Positions 56,650 to 64,000 of a stretch of 64,000 bases of DNA are shown here, piece after piece. Numbering within the stretch: position 1 is the stretch's first letter; each line of letters begins with the position of its first letter. The stretch comes from Thermodesulfobacteriota bacterium (GTDB lineage Bacteria > Desulfobacterota > Desulfobacteria > Desulfobacterales > SURF-7), in the NCBI GenBank assembly GCA_049320885.1, contig JBMORA010000018.1, forward strand, positions 80,119-144,118. Direction: 5' to 3'. Both the position numbers and the translations under genes were made by a program. Under the pieces are notes generated by a model. That model was not told where the DNA came from, made no database searches, and was given only the letters and a program-made list of their open reading frames with translations.

Positions 56650-56916
56650 ATCTCTCCATTTTCCTGTCAATAATCGTGTATCACGGCGTTGCAACCCATT
56701 ATCGGGCAGCCTTCAATCCTTTGGCCGGTGCCGGTAATGGATCGGGATGTTGCTTTGCATGGTTGCCTTCCACTTGTCAAAAGAAAACATCCTTTCCATG
56801 GAAACCGTACCGGTTTGGTTTTGCCTTCCGTTCCGGTTTTTGATACATTTCGTCCGGCACGGTTTATTGTAAATCAACCCCTGACCGGACAGGCATCCGG
56901 AAAAACGGAAGTTATC

Positions 56917-58488
56917 GTGACCCGATCCCTCCACCGCAATGTCGGCATCGCCTTCCTCATCATGACGGTCTCCATTTTTTTGAGCCGGATCATCGGCATG
57001 CTCCGGGAAATGACCATCGCCCATATCGCCGGTGTCAGCGGCAATGTCGATGCCTACCAGGTCGCTTTCATCATTCCGGAGATCCTCAACCATATCGCCG
57101 CCAGCGGCTTTCTCTCCGTAACCTTCATTCCGATCTTCCATCATTATCTGGCAGAAAACCGGGAGGCGGAAGGCTGGGAGGCGTTCTCGGCCATTTTCAC
57201 CACCTTCGGCGTGGGGGTGCTGCTGCTCATCATCCTGGCGGAGGCAGCCGCCCCCCAACTGGTCCAACTGCTGGCTCCCGGACTCCGGGAGCCAGCCCTG
57301 CAGACGGCGGCCGTCCGCATGACCCGCATCATCCTTCCGGCCCAGTTTTTCTTTTTCTGCGGCGGACTCTTCATGGCCGTGCAGTTCGCCAAGGGAAAAT
57401 TCGCCCTGCCGGCCCTTGCGCCCCTCCTGTATAACATCGGCATCATCGCCGGAGGCGTCTTGCTGGGTCGTCAAATGGGAATGGAAGGATTTGCCTGGGG
57501 AGTGCTGGCAGGGGCCTTTGCGGGCAACTTCGCGATCCAAATCCACGGCGCCCGCAAGGCGGGCATGCGCCTGAGATTCCGGGTCGCTCCGACCCATCCG
57601 GACGTGATCCGGTATGTCAAATTGACGCTGCCCCTCATGATCGGAATGACCATGACTTTTTCCACGGAAATTTTTCTCAAGTTCTTCGGCAGTTTTCTGC
57701 CGCCGGGCAACATCGCCGGCCTGAATTATGCCCTGAGGATCATGCTGGCCCTGGTGGGATTGTTCGGCCAGGCCGCCGGTGTCGCGTCCTACCCCTATTT
57801 ATCCCGGCTCGCAGCGGAAAAACAATATTCGGAGATGAACCGGCTGCTCAACACCACCCTCCGGTACATGGCCTTGCTCCTGCCGGTTTCGGCTCTTCTC
57901 ATGGTGCTGCGCACCGAGGTGGTGACCATCCTGTTCCAACATGGCCGGTTCAATACGGAGGCCACGGCGCTGACCGCCCGGTTGCTGCTGTTCCTGATGA
58001 CGGGCGCCTTTGCCTTCGCCGCCCAAACCGTTGTGGTGAGGGGTTTCTATGCTCTGCAGGACACCCTCCTGCCGGCGGTCTTCGGCACCCTGGCGGTGCT
58101 CCTGAGCATTCCGCTGTATCTCCTGGGGTTGCATTTCATGGGCAGTTCGGGGGTCGCCGCGGCCATATCCCTTTCCGCCATTCTCCAGGTGCTCATTCTC
58201 CACTTCATCTGGACCCGAAAAACTGGTTCATCGGAATGCGTTCGAATATATGGTTTTTACGGTCGCATGCTGCTGTGGGCCCTGGCGTCGGGCGGCCTGC
58301 TGGAAGCTTTCCGAAAATCCCTGCGCTCCCATGTCCTCCCGGGCGGTTTTCTCGGCAGCCTGACCGCCTGCCTGATAGTCGGCGCGGCGTTTTTTCTGCT
58401 GATGACGGCCGCAGGACATTATTTTCATGTCCCGGAAATCCGGGCATTGTCCGATCGCATCAAAACACGGCTGCACCGCAAAGGATAG
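56917..58488 (+). CDS. murJ: Lipid II flippase MurJ (MviN)
   Basis: SRIIGMLRE, DAYQVAF.IP, FIPIF, LNYALRI, RGFYALQDT..P; GTG start approximate. Confidence 0.93.
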   Translation: MTRSLHRNVGIAFLIMTVSIFLSRIIGMLREMTIAHIAGVSGNVDAYQVAFIIPEILNHIAASGFLSVTFIPIFHHYLAENREAEGWEAFSAIFTTFGVGVLLLIILAEAAAPQLVQLLAPGLREPALQTAAVRMTRIILPAQFFFFCGGLFMAVQFAKGKFALPALAPLLYNIGIIAGGVLLGRQMGMEGFAWGVLAGAFAGNFAIQIHGARKAGMRLRFRVAPTHPDVIRYVKLTLPLMIGMTMTFSTEIFLKFFGSFLPPGNIAGLNYALRIMLALVGLFGQAAGVASYPYLSRLAAEKQYSEMNRLLNTTLRYMALLLPVSALLMVLRTEVVTILFQHGRFNTEATALTARLLLFLMTGAFAFAAQTVVVRGFYALQDTLLPAVFGTLAVLLSIPLYLLGLHFMGSSGVAAAISLSAILQVLILHFIWTRKTGSSECVRIYGFYGRMLLWALASGGLLEAFRKSLRSHVLPGGFLGSLTACLIVGAAFFLLMTAAGHYFHVPEIRALSDRIKTRLHRKG

Positions 58489-58522
58489 TTCCCGCTCCGA
58501 ACCCATCACCCCCAGCAATGGT

Positions 58523-59851
58523 TCACAGTTTGGGCAGGTAACGGTCGAGCTCGAATTTGCTCACATGGGTGCGGTAGCGGTCCCATTCGATTTTCTTGTT
58601 TTCGATGAATTTGGCGAACACGTGCCGTCCCAGAACCCGTTCCACCAAGGAGCTTTTCTCCGTCAACAGGATGGCGGCATACAGGTTGTCGGGCAGGGAA
58701 TTGATGCCCCGGCGGTTCCTTTCTTCCGGTTTCATCTCGAAGATATCCTCTTCAATGGGATCCGGCAGCTCGTATTGCCGATCAATCCCTTCCATCCCGG
58801 CCCCCAGCATCACGGCATAGGCCAGATAGGGATTGCAGGCGGGATCAGGGGACCGGAACTCGATCCGGGTGGCTTTTTCCTTTCCCGGCTTATACATGGG
58901 CACCCGAATCATGGTGGATCGGTTCCGTCTGGCCCAGGAAACGTAAACCGGGGCCTCGTATCCCGGCACCAATCGTTTGTAGGAATTCACCCACTGGTTG
59001 GTGATGGCGGTGATTTCCGGCGCATGCCGCATCAGTCCGGCGATATACTGCTTTGCCAGCTTGGATAGCTGATGCGGATCTCCCGGGTCATGGAAGGCGT
59101 TGCTGTCAACGCGGAACAGGGATTGATGCACATGCATGCCGCTGCCGTTTTCGTTACCGATGGGTTTGGGCATAAACGATGCGAAGCAACCGTTCTGCCT
59201 GGCGATTTCCTTGACAATCAGCCGATATGTCATGGTTTTGTCCGCCATCCGCAAGCATTCATCATAACGCAGGTCGATTTCGTGTTGACTGGGCGCAACC
59301 TCGTGATGGCTGTATTCCACCTGAATCCCCATGGATTGCAGGGCGAAAATGGTCTCCCGCCGGAGATTACCGCCCATGTCCGCCGGTCTGGAATCAAAAT
59401 ACCCACCCTGGTCCAGAATCCCGGGTTCCTTGTCATCCTTGAAATAAAAATACTCCAGTTCCGGACCGATATAAAAAGTATAGCCTTTTTCCGCCACGGT
59501 CTTCAGCAGCCGTTTCAGCACATAACGAGGGTCGCCTTCATAGGGCGTTCCGTCCGGATTGAGGATATCGCAAAAAACCCTGGCCACGGGCTTATCGTCA
59601 TTCCGCCAGGGAATCAGCTGGAAAGTGGTCGGGTCGGGCTTGGCGATCATATCACTTTCTTCGATCCGGGCGAATCCCTCGATGGAACTGCCGTCGAACC
59701 CCATGCCTTCGTAGAGGCCTTCCTCCAACTCGGAGGCGGCGACGGAAAAGCTCTTCAGGAATCCGAGAACGTCCGTAAACCAGAACTGGATGAAACTGAT
59801 GTTTTTATCCCTGACCAGGCGCTGGACATCTTCCGCCGTTTGACAGATCAT
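58523..59851 (-). CDS. glnA: Glutamine synthetase type I
   Basis: FDGSSIEGFARIEESDM, GPELEY, HHEVAPSQHE, FMPKP, NGSGMHVHQSL, KRLVPGYEAP, RIEFRSPD. Confidence 0.95.
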   Translation of the reverse strand: MICQTAEDVQRLVRDKNISFIQFWFTDVLGFLKSFSVAASELEEGLYEGMGFDGSSIEGFARIEESDMIAKPDPTTFQLIPWRNDDKPVARVFCDILNPDGTPYEGDPRYVLKRLLKTVAEKGYTFYIGPELEYFYFKDDKEPGILDQGGYFDSRPADMGGNLRRETIFALQSMGIQVEYSHHEVAPSQHEIDLRYDECLRMADKTMTYRLIVKEIARQNGCFASFMPKPIGNENGSGMHVHQSLFRVDSNAFHDPGDPHQLSKLAKQYIAGLMRHAPEITAITNQWVNSYKRLVPGYEAPVYVSWARRNRSTMIRVPMYKPGKEKATRIEFRSPDPACNPYLAYAVMLGAGMEGIDRQYELPDPIEEDIFEMKPEERNRRGINSLPDNLYAAILLTEKSSLVERVLGRHVFAKFIENKKIEWDRYRTHVSKFELDRYLPKL

Positions 59852-59894
59852 ATCATCCTCCTCGACGTAAGTGGTATTGTTCCGCTTTCTACTG

Positions 59895-61298
59895 CTAAAA
59901 ATAACTCGTCCCGTCCCAGCAATGAGTGCAAAGCTTTTCCTTGGGCAGACCGATGGCGGCGACCAGATCCTCCATGCGCTGGTATACAAGGGAGGTCAAT
60001 CTCAATCGGCGCCGGATATGTTCGGTCATCGCCAGATTCTTTTCCGATCCGGCCGAGGCGTATTGGTCGAGATTCCGGTCTTCCCGGCCTTCCATTTCCT
60101 GAATCGCCTTCCTGCCGGCCAAGTCGAGGGTCGAACGTGAAGTGGAAAAATTCAGGAATTCACAGGGGTAAATCAATGTCGGGCAGGCCGGCCGCATGTG
60201 GATCTCTCTGGCGCCGCAGTCAAAAAGTACCTGGATGGTATCCTGCAATTGGGTGCCCCGGACGATGGAGTCTTCGCAAAAAAGAATCCGCCGGCCCTGG
60301 ATCAGTGAATGAACCGGAATCAGTTTCATCCTCGCCACCAGATCACGGACAGCTTGTTTCTGGGGCATGAAGCTGCGCGGCCAGGTGGGCGTGTATTTAA
60401 CAAAGGCCCTGCGATAGGGGATCCCGCGTTCATTGGCGTATCCCAGAGCATGGCCGATGCCGGAATCCGGAATACCGGAAACGAAATCCACTTCCACCGC
60501 GTCGTCTCTTGCAAGGGCGCAGCCGCACCGGTAGCGGACCTCCTCCACATTGACGCCTTCATAACTCGAGGCCGGATATCCATAATACACCCATAAAAAA
60601 GAACAAATCTGCATTTTTTCGCCGGGATCGGTTTTACGTTCACACCCCTCCGGGGTGATCAGCACCACCTCTCCCGGTCCAAGGTACCGATGGATTTCAT
60701 ACCCGATATTCGGAAATGCGCATGTTTCCGAGGAAACGGCAAAGCCGTCTTTTTTCTTACCGATGATCAGGGGGGTGCGGCCGAGTTTATCACGGGCCGC
60801 ATATATCCCCACTTCCGTCATCAGCAGCAGGGAACAGGAACCCTGGATCACCTCCTGAACACGAACAATGCCCGCCTCAAAGGATTGCTCCTGACAAATG
60901 ATATTGGCCACCAGCTCCGTGGGGTTGATACCCTGACTGCTCATTTCGGAAAAATGACGCCTGTTTTGAAAAGCCGCTCTCGCCAGGAACTCCAGATTAT
61001 GAATCCTGCCCACGGTCACGATGGCAAAAGCGCCCAGATGAGAACTGATCACCATGGGTTGAGAGTCTGTGTCGCTGATGACCCCGATACCGAGATTTCC
61101 CTCGAATTTATGTAAATCCGGTTCAAACTTGGCGCGGAAGTAATCGCGCTCGATATTATGGATCGAGCGGTCGAATCCATTTGGCCCCCGCACGCTCAAT
61201 CCCCCCCGTCGGGTTCCCAGATGAGAAAGATAATCCGTTCCGTAAAACAGGTCATTGACACAATCTGTCTTCAACGCACAACCGAATATTCCCCCCAT
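59895..61298 (-). CDS. purF: Amidophosphoribosyltransferase-like protein lacking the N-terminal catalytic Cys
   Basis: ARDKLGRTPL, CSFLWVYY, GIPDSG, EDSIVRGT, Fe-S cysteines (CEF, CTHC); N-terminus MGGIFG instead of MCGIFG. Confidence 0.88.
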   Translation of the reverse strand: MGGIFGCALKTDCVNDLFYGTDYLSHLGTRRGGLSVRGPNGFDRSIHNIERDYFRAKFEPDLHKFEGNLGIGVISDTDSQPMVISSHLGAFAIVTVGRIHNLEFLARAAFQNRRHFSEMSSQGINPTELVANIICQEQSFEAGIVRVQEVIQGSCSLLLMTEVGIYAARDKLGRTPLIIGKKKDGFAVSSETCAFPNIGYEIHRYLGPGEVVLITPEGCERKTDPGEKMQICSFLWVYYGYPASSYEGVNVEEVRYRCGCALARDDAVEVDFVSGIPDSGIGHALGYANERGIPYRRAFVKYTPTWPRSFMPQKQAVRDLVARMKLIPVHSLIQGRRILFCEDSIVRGTQLQDTIQVLFDCGAREIHMRPACPTLIYPCEFLNFSTSRSTLDLAGRKAIQEMEGREDRNLDQYASAGSEKNLAMTEHIRRRLRLTSLVYQRMEDLVAAIGLPKEKLCTHCWDGTSYF

Positions 61299-61310
61299 AT
61301 TGGCTCCTTT

Positions 61311-64000
<2,690 letters not shown>

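Overview
A GC-rich chromosomal window from a sulfate-reducing Desulfobacterota bacterium, Desulfobacterales-like on the evidence of dsrA-dsrB-dsrD-dsrN and a tetraheme cytochrome c3. Left to right: a type II secretion pseudopilin operon (gspG-H-I-J-K-L, minus strand) headed by an orphan ParA and a small ribbon-helix-helix-like partner; a receiver protein and two sigma54 activators; a sigma54-promoted small Arg-repeat protein; a TetR-SulP operon with a multi-step phosphorelay, one gene of which apparently starts at ATT; a moeA-moeA/PBP-archease-rtcB operon divergent from an unannotated Cys/His-rich microprotein, an atypical sigma54 activator and clpB; a MarR-DUF362-SDR operon; cytochrome c3; TPR, kinase-like protein and dsrABD-dsrN; a PilB/GspE ATPase with eight MshEN-like motifs plus FlhG-like and HDOD proteins; an orphan RiPP-type B12 radical SAM enzyme; a TetR-controlled oxidoreductase/amidohydrolase/Nudix/DMT/hrpB run; HU, uvrA, murJ; and carB-purF(Cys1->Gly)-glnA. 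No rRNA, tRNA, CRISPR array or mobile element was recognised. All calls come from reading motifs by eye; no database searches were run.
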